A DNA stretch of 62,683 nucleotides, counting the filler, from Klebsormidium nitens (Eukaryota > Plantae > Klebsormidiophyceae): assembly GCA_000708835.1 (NCBI GenBank). It is 4 parts of 4 records of this genome, joined end to end, with 100 filler letters (N's around TTAATTAATTAA, not from the genome) between each part and the next. Parts side by side here need not be neighbours in the genome. Positions count along the whole stretch, not along the records: positions 45,273 to 52,015 come from DF238374.1; positions 52,116 to 62,683 come from DF238152.1; 2 more parts are not named here. The stretch is one strand, 5' to 3'. Each line of letters starts with the position of its first letter. Positions within the stretch are counted from its first letter, which is position 1. The position numbers and the translations under genes are program-made. Shown piece by piece: positions 47,147 to 57,441 of the stretch. The notes under the pieces were generated by a model. It had not been told where the DNA came from and did no database searches. It saw only the letters and a list, made by a program, of their open reading frames with translations.

Positions 47147-49895
47147 ATGACGATTGCGGCTTCGATCCTCTTAACGGAGGAGGAAAATCCCGCTCAAGAA
47201 CCAGGTTTGGTGAATCTATTGCTTGCTCGTGCAATTCTTCATCCCTATTCTGCTGTTCCTTCTCAATTGTGTGTTTTCTTCCCTTTCCAAACCTGGTACT
47301 GACATCTTGATTTTGTCCCTGCTGCAGTGGAATCTGATTCTCTCCACATGCTGTCAGATCTCACTGAGTCTTCCGAGTTCGAGGGTTTTCGGGACCCCCC
47401 CCAGCCCTCCGCTTCCTCCTCTGGCCAACCTCAGCCTGCTGAACCCTGGCTACGCAATCGCCTTCGCGACAAGCTGGCATTCTGGAAGACTTTCTGCACC
47501 TCCGTCTTCGTCCTCTCCATCATCACCTCTGGTTATCAACTCCCCTGGTCTGATGGCCCTCCTGCTGGTCCTCGCCATTTTGCGAATCACCCTTCAGCTC
47601 GTGAGCACTCTGCATTCGTGTCCGAGGCTGTTTCGACTCTTGTTCTGACTGGAGCTGCAATGGAGGTCTTCAGTAAACCCTTCATAGTTAGTCCGCTTGG
47701 AGTTGTACCTAAAGGAATAGACAAGCTGCGTCTTATCCTTGATCTGCGTTATGTCAACAGCTTCCTTCAGGTCGATAAATTCAAGTATGAATCCATTAAG
47801 GAAGTTAGCACTCTCTGCAAGCTTCGTGACTTGCTGTTCACAGTCGACTTAAAGTCTGGTTACCACCACGTCGACATCCATCCAGAGTTTTGGCAGTACT
47901 TTGGATTCGAGTGGGAAGGCCGTTTCTACGTCTTTTGTCAGCTCCCCTTTGGTCTCGCCACAGCCTGTTTCGTTTTCACTAAGATCATCAAACAGCTCGT
48001 TCAGCGTTGGCGTAGGCTTGGCATTCGTCTGATTCCCTACATCGACGACTTCATCTTCTTCGCTAGCTCAGCTCAGGAGTTTACTCAAGCACAGGCTCAG
48101 GTCTTAGCTGATTTCGCTGCTGCTGGCTTCGTCTTAGCTCAGGACAAGTGTCAGCTGCACCAGAGCTTTGTTGCTAAGTTCCTAGGGTTTATCATTGACA
48201 CTATGCACGGTGTCTTTAGACTCTCCGCTAGACAGAAGACCAAACTGCAGGACGCTATCTCTGAGTGCCTCTCTGCTCCCTCCCGCATTCCCGNNNNNNN
48301 NNNNNNNNNNNNNNNNNNNNNNNNNNNNNNNNNNNNNNNNNNNNNNNNNNNNNNNNNNNNNNNNNNNNNNNNNNNNNNNNNNNNNNNNNNNNNNNNNNNN
48401 NNNNNNNNNNNNNNNNNNNNNNNNNNNNNNNNNNNNNNNNNNNNNNNNNNNNNNNNNNNNNNNNNNNNNNNNNNNNNNNNNNNNNNNNNNNNNNNNNNNN
48501 NNNNNNNNNNNNNNNNNNNNNNNNNNNNNNNNNNNNNNNNNNNNNNNNNNNNNNNNNNNNNNNNNNNNNNNNNNNNNNNNNNNNNNNNNNNNNNNNNNNN
48601 NNNNNNNNNNNNNNNNNNNNNNNNNNNNNNNNNNNNNNNNNNNNNNNNNNNNNNNNNNNNNNNNNNNNNNNNNNNNNNNNNNNNNNNNNNNNNNNNNNNN
48701 NNNNNNNNNNNNNNNNNNNNNNNNNNNNNNNNNNNNNNNNNNNNNNNNNNNNNNNNNNNNNNNNNNNNNNNNNNNNNNNNNNNNNNNNNNNNNNNNNNNN
48801 NNNNNNNNNNNNNNNNNNNNNNNNNNNNNNNCTAAGTCGCTCGCGCGCATCACAGGTTTCATAACCTCCCTCAGTCTAGTTACCGGTCCTGTCTCAGGCC
48901 TTTTCTCCCGCTCTCTGCATCGCGTCCTTAGCAGCCGCACTTCGTGGCGTAGCATCCTGTCGCTAGACCAGCCCGCTCTGACTGAGCTTCGTTTCTGGAG
49001 AGATTCTCTCGAGCAGTTCTCCTCTCGTCCTCTCTGGCGCAATCATTCCTTAGTCCTGGTGCTTAATTACGACGCTGGCGCCGACGGCTGGGGCGGCCAT
49101 TTCCTCCTGCACGGAGTCGAGCAGCGCGCGCGCGGCGTTTGGGCGCACGACGAGCGCCACGGTGTCAAGTCGTCCACGTGGCGTGAGCTAGAGGGTTTAC
49201 GTCGTCTGCTCCTCTCTGTCGGCCATCTGCTTCGCGGCCACCGCGTTCTTGCTCGCGGCGACGCGATGAACGTCTTCTGGTTGCTAAAGAAGGGGGGTTC
49301 TCGCGCTGAGCATTTGCACTCTATCTGCTTGCGCATCTTCTGGCTGTGCTTAGAGCTTCGCATAGAGCTTCTCCCTGAATGGGTTCCGCGCGCTCAGAAT
49401 CAGCTCGCAGACTTCCTCTCCAAAGTTCGTGACGTCGACGACTTTAGTCTCCAGCCAGGCATTTTCCAGCAGATCCTCCGCGCTTTCAGCCCGCTCCACA
49501 TAGATCGCTTCGCTAGCTCGTATAACGCTCAGCTCCCTATTTTCTGGTCAGATCTTTGGTCCCCGCACTCAGCTGGCGCTAATGCTTTCACGGATTCCTG
49601 GGCTGGCCTCCGCAACTACTGCTTTCCGCCTCCGCGCTTGGTCGCGCGCGTTCTGGAGCATGCTCGCGAGTGTTCTGCCGAGATTGTGCTGGTTGTTCTT
49701 GATTGGCCAGGACAGCCATGGTGGCCTCTCCTGGTTCGCGACCGCGGCCGCGCCTGGGCGCCTTTCGTGCGCCACGCCCTCTGGTTTCCGCCCGGCCCGT
49801 CGACGTTCCGTTCCGGTCGCGGTTCCGCTGACGCCTTCTTCGGTCACGGTTTCCCTTCGTGCGCTGTTCACGTTCTGGACATCTCCTTCTGGTAA
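47147..49895 (+). CDS. Pol of the YR retrotransposon: RT, RNase H and Dam-like methyltransferase domain; probably with a spliced 5' exon 47147-47204
   Basis: RT: KLRLILDLRYVN, DLKSGYHHV, LPFGLATA, YIDD. RNase H: YDAGADGWGG, SSTWRELEG, GDAMNV, WVPRAQNQLADFLSK. MT: IDRFAS, AGANAF, YCFPPPRL, DWPGQPWWP. N gap at 48294-48831. The 5' end depends on the splice model. Confidence 0.88.
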
Positions 49896-51007
49896 GCCCT
49901 GCGTTTTCTTACTTCGTCGTCCTCTTGATTGCAGAGATCTTTCGCTTTGGGGATTGGGATCCTGTCACCGCCGGTCTTCCCACCGACGATCCCCAGATTC
50001 AGCGGCTGTTATCTCAGCTTCAGTCTAGCACGTCTTCCGCTCGCGCCGGGGGCACTTTCCAGACTTATTCAGGCCCGTGGCGTCGCTTCCGTTCATGGTG
50101 TACCTCGAAGGGCGTCGCTTGTCTCCCTGCCGCTCCTCTGACTGTCGCCCTCTATTTCACTCTGCTTCTCGAAACCGCAAAAACTCCCAGCCCCATCCTC
50201 CAGGCTTCCGGCGCTATCTTCCTCCACCATTCGCTCGCTGGTCTTCCCTCTCCTACGTCTAGCCCATTAGTCGCGATGACTCGAGAAATCGCCAAACGCA
50301 CCAAAGTCGCTGGTCAAAATGTCAAGAAACCTCTCTTGGCCTCTCACTGTCGTCGGCTGTTCGACCTCTGGATGACCGCGCCTTCTGCGAATCTTCACAC
50401 ACTTATGAAGTTGTCTGCTGTCACCCTGTGCTACGTTGGGTTTCTTCGGTGCTCGGATCTTCTCCGCGTCCAGTGGCAAGAAGTTCGCTTCCTCCCGACT
50501 CATATGGAGTTTTTCCTGGAAAAGAGCAAGACTGACCAGTACCGCATCGGCCGCTGGGTTTTGATCTCCCGCGTTGGGGGTCCTTTCTGTCCTGTCTCGC
50601 TGACTGAGCGTCTCTTGTCTGCTGGCCAGTACGCGAGTCTCGGCCCTGGGGGCTTGATCCGCACGGTGACCATTGCCCGCTCTGCACAGTACATTCGGGC
50701 TCAGCAGCCCTCCTATTCTACCGTTCTCAGTTGGTTCAAGGACGCAGCTCGCGTCCTAGGCCTTGATCCCGCAGATTACGGCACTCACTCTGGCCGGCGC
50801 GGCGGCGCGACGCGCGCGGCGAACGTCGACGTTCCTGACCGGCTGTTCAAGGAGCACGGCTCGTGGAAGAGCGAGCGCGCCAAGGACGGCTATGTCGTCA
50901 GTAAGCTTCAGTCGCGCCTTTCTGTTACTGCTAATATGGGCTTACAGCCAGGAGTGTCCATAGCTGAGCTGGAGCGCTTCGAGCGCGAGGGACTGTTAGC
51001 GTCTTAA
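49859..51007 (+). CDS. Tyrosine recombinase of the YR retrotransposon
   Basis: Catalytic residues R (GFLRCSDL), K (KSKTDQ), HxxR (HSGRRGGAT), H/W (HGSWKS), Y (DGYV); N-terminal core-binding-like region (TYSGPWRRFRSWC). No ATG before about residue 139, so the true start is probably spliced on. Confidence 0.93.
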   Translation: MRCSRSGHLLLVSPAFSYFVVLLIAEIFRFGDWDPVTAGLPTDDPQIQRLLSQLQSSTSSARAGGTFQTYSGPWRRFRSWCTSKGVACLPAAPLTVALYFTLLLETAKTPSPILQASGAIFLHHSLAGLPSPTSSPLVAMTREIAKRTKVAGQNVKKPLLASHCRRLFDLWMTAPSANLHTLMKLSAVTLCYVGFLRCSDLLRVQWQEVRFLPTHMEFFLEKSKTDQYRIGRWVLISRVGGPFCPVSLTERLLSAGQYASLGPGGLIRTVTIARSAQYIRAQQPSYSTVLSWFKDAARVLGLDPADYGTHSGRRGGATRAANVDVPDRLFKEHGSWKSERAKDGYVVSKLQSRLSVTANMGLQPGVSIAELERFEREGLLAS

Positions 51008-51030
51008 CCCGTTCTGCCTGCCTCTATTTT

Positions 51031-51367
51031 TCTGTGAAGTCCCGCACCACGCTCGCCTATATCGCGTGTTGTCTTCATTCACATCCATTCTCATTCCGTG
51101 AATGTTTGCGTGCCGCAATTGCTGAGAGCATGTAAAGAGAATTGTAAATTCTTCGCGTTTGTAATTAGCGAAGAATTTCGGTTCTCTGCCGCGAACCGGA
51201 ATTCAAACCGAATTCGAGCGCGCCATGCGCGCTGCGCTGCCGCGTCAGCAGCAGCCAATCAGCTTCGACTTTTCGAAGCTATAAATTCGAGCACTTCACG
51301 TGCTCATTCTTCATTCTGCGTTGTGCACCTTCCACAGACACCGCTTCCGATCTCCGCTTCTTTGATC
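51031..51367 (+). repeat. Internal B1-A2 junction of the split direct repeat
   Basis: B1 TCTGTGAAGTCCC...GTAAAGAGAA directly abuts A2 TTGTAAATTC. Confidence 0.95.
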
Positions 51368-51904
51368 CCACCCGCCCTCCCTGTGTGTCTTGCGACTTTT
51401 TCTGCCGCTCTAGTTCTTTCCCTCTGCAGTTTCCCTGCCCGCGGCCGCGCTGCGCCCCTTCGAGGTCTCCACCAAGCGATCCACGGCGGCCGCGTCTCGT
51501 CGCGCGCGGATACCTTTTCCTACCCGCCTATGGCGAGGCATCCAAAGATTGACGGACCCGACCCGGCGGAAGGTTTTTGATGGCCCGCGCGCGACGAGAG
51601 GCCGTTGAGTAGTTGCTAGCCGTTGATTGCTTGGTGGTAGATGTCGAAGGGGGGTAGTGCGTAACCGCTTAGTTTAGAATTGTAGTTTCGGCCTAGTGTA
51701 CGAGCCCCACGGTCCTAGTTGAGTGTTTCTGAGACATGCGTAGTACTTAGTCGAGCCTAGGGTTAGCTTAACCCATGCCAGGTGCCACCTGTGCGATAAC
51801 AAATACGCTACGTAGGTAGCAAACAGCTCTGACACGTACTCGTTCGATTGATTTCCTAATTGTTTGTGGACCGTGGGGCTCAGGCCGCTGCACTCGTGTG
51901 GCTG

Positions 51905-52015
51905 TCTGTGAAGTCCCGCACCACGCTCGCCTATATCGCGTGTTGTCTTCATTCACATCCATTCTCATTCCGTGAATGTTTGCGTGCCGCAATTGCTGAG
52001 AGCATGTAAAGAGAA
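51905..52015 (+). repeat. Split direct repeat B2 (111 bp)
   Basis: Same sequence as 51031-51141; ends at an N gap. Confidence 0.95.
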
Positions 52016-52272
52016 NNNNNNNNNNNNNNNNNNNNNNNNNNNNNNNNNNNNNNNNNNNNTTAATTAATTAANNNNNNNNNNNNNNNNNNNNNNNNNNNNN
52101 NNNNNNNNNNNNNNNTTTGTCGTCAGAGCCTGTGTGTATGGTAATCTGAATACACGGAAAGAATCTGGAGAACTTGCCACACCACTGAGAAGCAGTCAGA
52201 ACAGTCCAGCTGCAAAATGCGCCAGCTGACCGGACGCTTTGTCTTTATGGTGCTCCGCAAGGGGGGTCTCAC

Positions 52273-55200
52273 CATGAAGTCCGTCTCTGCGATCTTGGAG
52301 CACATGTACTGGGGCCTGTGCAGATCCAGCTCGCCCGTTCTCAGAAGGAGCACGCCGTTCCCAACGTTGAGGATGTCTGGGTTCGCGTCGAGCTGCTGGG
52401 CAAAGTCAGGAGCGAACAGCTCCCCCCGGACGAGATCCAGAGTACTGGAGATTTCGCGGCTGTTGTTGTAAGTGCGCAGGCGCTTGAGTTTCTCGCACAA
52501 CGCCTTCTTCTTTTTCTCGTCGGCGGCTGCCTTGATCGCTGCATTCAACTCGTCTTTGAGTCGCCTGTATACGGTCCTCAGCTGATTGATGAGAACGCTC
52601 TTCACGAAGAATGCGCTCTTCTCATCTGCTACGTAGCACCGCCGGTTCCAGTAGTGCCAGCTTTCACCATCAAAACACAGCCTGCAAAATGGCAACAACA
52701 AAAGATCAATATTGGTGGCATGCATAAGTCGAAAGCTTCATTTTATAAAAGGAAGTCCTCTGTCATGTATGAACGGATCTGGACCGCTTACTCTCAATTA
52801 TGCACCAAGCTGTAAAATCTCAGCCGAACACTCACATTGTGCTGATGAAGTCAGCAATCTCGACCTGTGTGATGACATCATCAACCTCGGCCAGGCTGTC
52901 TAGATGTCCAAGCTTTTATCATTGAAACAAATTCCGGAACCCTGTGTGATGACGTCATCAACCTCGGCCACAAAAGTCTTTCGCCAAACCTCGAGCACTT
53001 GGACTGGCTGTCCAGATGTCCAAGCTTTTATGAAACAAATTCCGGAACCCTGTGTGATGACATTATCAACCTCGGCCACAAAAATCTTTTGCCAAACCTC
53101 GGACACTTGGACACAATCTCAGGCCCGGACTGTTGTCAATGGCAGCACTAACCAATAAACACTTCAAGAAACTCTTGACTGGTCAAGCGTCCAGAAAGAC
53201 CAAACAATGAGGAAATCAGAAAAAAGTTCTCCACGGACATGCGCGCAAAAAGCACAGCCGTCCAGTTAACATTATACCCACCTGCCGCAGCGTGCGTACA
53301 TTGCAGCAACAATCTTGCTGCCACCGACGTCCCCCTCGAAGGCCCAAAAATCCACGAAGCGCTTGTCCAGCGCAGAGATCGCGGTGGAGTCGTCAGCATG
53401 GAAGGCCCCGGTCGCACCCCCGATCATGGCCTCGGAGCGCGTGAGCTCTCCGATCTTCGGGTAGGGGCAAACCCCATGGCACTCCGAGCTGCTGCAGCAA
53501 TAAAGCAGGTCCCTGCCACGCACCAGCACGCTGAAGTTGTTCGAGCCGTTGTGATGATTGCCATATGGGCAGCGGCGCAAACCGTCCACTCGAAAGACGT
53601 ACATCGGCCCGTTGACGCCCTCCTTGAGGCGATCGAAGCGGGAAGCGCTGTCGCCAGTGGCCGCCACGCAGGCTTTGACGCGCTGCAGGACCGCTGCTGG
53701 GGGAATCTGCTGAGGGTCTTCGATCGGACGAGGGGGTCCATAAGGTACAGCCTGCGACTCGCTGCGAAAATTAACAAGACAAAAATGTCAAAGCCAAAAC
53801 ATAGAATGCTGGTAGTGATCTCAAAGAACACCAGAAGTAGACTTTGTGAGCAAGAGAGCGCGTCCAGAAAATCAAGGCATTGAAAAAAGTGAAGAAGATC
53901 CAGACTGGTTTCTTCAAAGTCCGCCTGTGACGTGAAAGAGGGTCGCCTTTTAGTCGAGAAGGAAAAGGCATCAGACCTCATATAAGCATTTTGAGGTAGT
54001 AACTACCTCCAAGAAGTCCCATTTTTGCCTTGAACAGGTTAAAACGAAAAGTTAATACTACAACCAACCTTCTTCAACTTAATGGAAGCGAGCAATCACA
54101 GACCCAAAAAAACAATCAGAGGTATTCTCGTCACCGTCCACAGGTAAATCGTACGCTGCCACAGTTTTTTCATGCATAAAGCTTGGACAGCTTAGGTGTG
54201 CCATGACCAACTTTGCTTTTGAAGACACGCATCCTATCAGTAAACAGCCCTTCCTTACAACGGACACTTGGACAAATCGTCCGGCTACCTGGGCCGGGCT
54301 GTCCACTCAATTGACGCAAAGTACTACAGTGGCTTGATGACGTCAGAAAATCGCGACCGGAAAAACTTGATCCAGAGTTTGGACAGTTTGGATAGCTTGG
54401 GCAGGCCCCGCTCAAACCTGGGAGACCAGAACAACAATGGCAATTTCAGCATATGAAGCATTGAGGCAGCTTGAAAAACGTACCTGGCCTTGTTCCCCTC
54501 CCGAGTTACACACACCACACCCCCGCTTGGTGCTTCACCGCCGTCGTTCAGGATGGATATGAGCCAGTCTGGCACAGCTCTGAGATTGGAGCGGTCGGGC
54601 AAGATCTCCCGATCCCACATGTAGCGCCGCAGCGTACCATCAAGACCCACATAGCTGCTGGGTGCTGTGTACAGCATCCCCCCTCTTCCGCGCACATCGA
54701 TGCCCACCGCTTTGCCCTTGTAGCGGATCCGGGCTCTGTTACTGCAGTTGAGCAGGCCGGCCTCCTCAGACTGGGATAGGGAGAAGAGAATGTGCAGCCC
54801 CCCGTTGCCGGTGGTTAGGCGGGGCGTGTCGACTGGGAAATTGTCATGCTCGTCGAGCATTCGTTCGAGCGCCTCAAAGCCCCCGTCCTTCACGTCCACG
54901 TCGAGCGCAAAAATGTCAGATTTCTCCGTGACGATGGCGATGGAGTTGCGCCCCGACTTGGCAAATTCGGAAAGGCAGTTGCTGAGGTTTGCCTCCTTCC
55001 AGGGCTTGAGGGACCCCCAGCGACAGGGAGCCTTCCGGACTTGGCCGTTCGGAAAGAGCTTCTCCTGGAGGTCGTGGGTGACAGTCACGACGCCAAGTCC
55101 GTGGAAGAAATGGGCGGCTGCCAGGATGGGGTCCACTTGTGATGGCAACCCGGTCTGCACTTGCGCATGAGCCTCAACAGCCGGGCTTGGTTCCTGCAGA

Positions 55201-57441
55201 GAGAAGGAAGAAACCTCAGGCCGACTGCTGACAGATCTGCATACATACAACAAACCCTTGACCATCTGCGTGCCTGCACTTTGATTCCAGCCCCGGCGCG
55301 GCAAATCATGATGAAGTCAGCAAACGCAGCCACAAGTTAAACACTTTCGCAAAACCCAAGGCACCTGGACAGCCTATCAAGCGCCAAAATTTCTAGAAGC
55401 TAGTGCATCATTTTAGACATCATTTGGCGGATGCCTGGCTCGTCCAAGTTACCCAAGCTTCACAAACGATTATTCCGGAGCCGATGCGATGATGTCAGCA
55501 GAACGCAACCACAAATACTTTGGCAAAACCTTGGACACATGGACAGCGCACCGAGTCCAGTCGTCCGATAAAAAGCAAGCCCATCAAGATACCGACCCGA
55601 GCCCTATGTATGAGTGTTCCATAAGAAGACCAAGTTTATAGAGCTAACCTGAGGGCGGTTGATGCCAGCCGTGGTTGCTGTTTGCGAGGATGCCAGTTGC
55701 CTCTCGGCTCTCAGATTGCGCTGGAAGTCACTGAAGTGGCTTGGGTCAACGAGGCCGTGAAAAGGGGTTGTGCTCCGTTGCCCGACCTCCTGCAGATAAT
55801 GCAATGGATGTCAGACGCGCGCTTTGCATAAAAACGTGTTGGCAAAAGCTCGGACACCTTGGACACCTCTGAGAGGGTCCGTGGCGTAAATTACAACGGA
55901 TGTTGGGCGAGCATAGAGCCCTGGTGAGGTCATCGGGGACCTCACTCAGAAGGAGTTTGGCAAAAAGCTTGGACACTTTGCAGTAAGTCTTCAGAAGTCT
56001 GTGCAATGACGCCGGCAACTGATTTCGACCAAGCCCGTCTGCGTTGTTGTCACCAGAAGGAACGAAGGATTACTTCACACCAACTTCTCGCACCTAGATT
56101 GACGGCCAAGTGCAAAAAGTGCTTCAAGCTCTAGAGAACGAAACCCGTCAATCTTGTGCCTACCCGAGGAGAGGGCGTCGTCTCCTGCACTGCGGTGCGG
56201 CAGGTGACGCGGGTAGGAACTTCTGACGTGGCCGCTGTCAAAGGGGCAGACCTGGAAGCATCTGGGACGGAGGGCCCGGCTGCGGCGGCCCTTGTGGATA
56301 CGAGAGCATCCACCGGTTGTCCAGGCTGGAACACCGCCTGCACATGTGCACTTTGATCACGTCAGAAAGAGGAGCCGTTCAGCCGATGCTTCTCGTCAAT
56401 CCCAAAGTTCACCGCGATGGAAAATGAAGTGGAAGCACGAACGGGCAAGCTGCAAACAGATGCTAGAAAAGCTGTTTGCAAGCTCCGCTGGGCTTGAGAG
56501 TCTGTCCAAGTGTCCAAGGTTTGACAAAACATTTTGTGACTGAAGTTGCTGACGTCATCACACAGAATTCCGAAATTTGTTACACAAAAGCTTGGACATC
56601 TGGACAGCCAGCTCTGTGAGCAAGCTCTGCTGGGCTGGAGAGTCTGTCCAAGTGTCCGAGGTTTGGCGAAAGATTTTGTGGTCGAGGTTGATGACGTCAT
56701 CACACAGAATTCCGAAATTTTTTCATAAAAGCTTGGACATCTAGACAGCCAGCTCTGTGTGCAAGTACCTTCTCAAAAAATAAAGTGATTGTCTGAGAAT
56801 GTAGATGGATACACCAGGAAGTAGGGCAAATATTCATCACTGTACACTTTTGGACAGACTTCTCAGGCCTCAGCTCCAATTTTTTTGAAGAAGAAACGGA
56901 AGGACATTCCAACTACAGAAAGTGGGCACACCTGGGGCGCAAGGGACTCCCTGTAATCTTGCCCCAGATGAAGGTCGATGCGGCAGACGCTGAAGTACTC
57001 GCGCAGCTCTCCAGATTCATGCTCATCGTCCCAGTCCCATGCATGGTCGTCGTCATCATGAAGGTCGCCCCACTCGCTCGACGTAGCCGACTGTCCCCCC
57101 CCCTCATCGGCTTCCGCTTCCGAACTAGACGATGACGACATGATCACCCGGCGACGACCCCTCCCACGTAGCTGGGACTCTGCGCTCTGATCGCTTTCTC
57201 CCCGCTCGCTTCGCTTGCGCCCCTCCAACTGCATGCCCGACTCTGAGTCTGACGGCCAAAGCTCTGCGTCCATCGCAGCGTAAACACAGACTGGGGAACG
57301 GCCCAGTGATTGAGGCGAATCATCCCTGAACGCCCGTACCTGCGAGGTCTCCTCGTCAGAAGACTCTTCCTCCCGGTGGAATTCCACGTCCTCTATGTCC
57401 TCTCCGTCGGACTCTGCTTCGTTGCTTGAACCGCCACTCTC
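52273..57441 (-). CDS. Intron-containing phage/plasmid/NCLDV-type primase: acidic N-terminus, Prim-Pol (bifunctional primase-polymerase N-terminal) domain, Cys/His Zn-binding domain, D5_N domain; 3' end lost at a gap
   Basis: Exons 57441-56932, 56337-56164, 55789-55649, 55193-54484, 53761-53282, 52681-52273, all GT..AG and phase-consistent (808 open codons). Motifs IAIVT..FALDVD, TTGNGGLHILF, GIDVRGRGG..APSS, YMW, PDWL; CPYGNHHNGSNN..YCCSSSEC; LDANPDILNVGNGVLLLRTGELDLHRPQYMCSKI. An SF3 helicase is expected downstream but is not visible. Confidence 0.85.

Larger units (their letters stand above)
45273..52015 (+). mobile_element. Tyrosine-recombinase (DIRS-order, PAT/TOC-type) retrotransposon with split direct repeats
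   Basis: Layout A1(45273-45498) - gag - pol(RT, RH, MT) - YR - B1(51031-51141) A2(51142-51367) - spacer - B2(51905-52015). The copies of A and of B read as identical. The contig begins at A1 and ends at B2. Confidence 0.95.
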
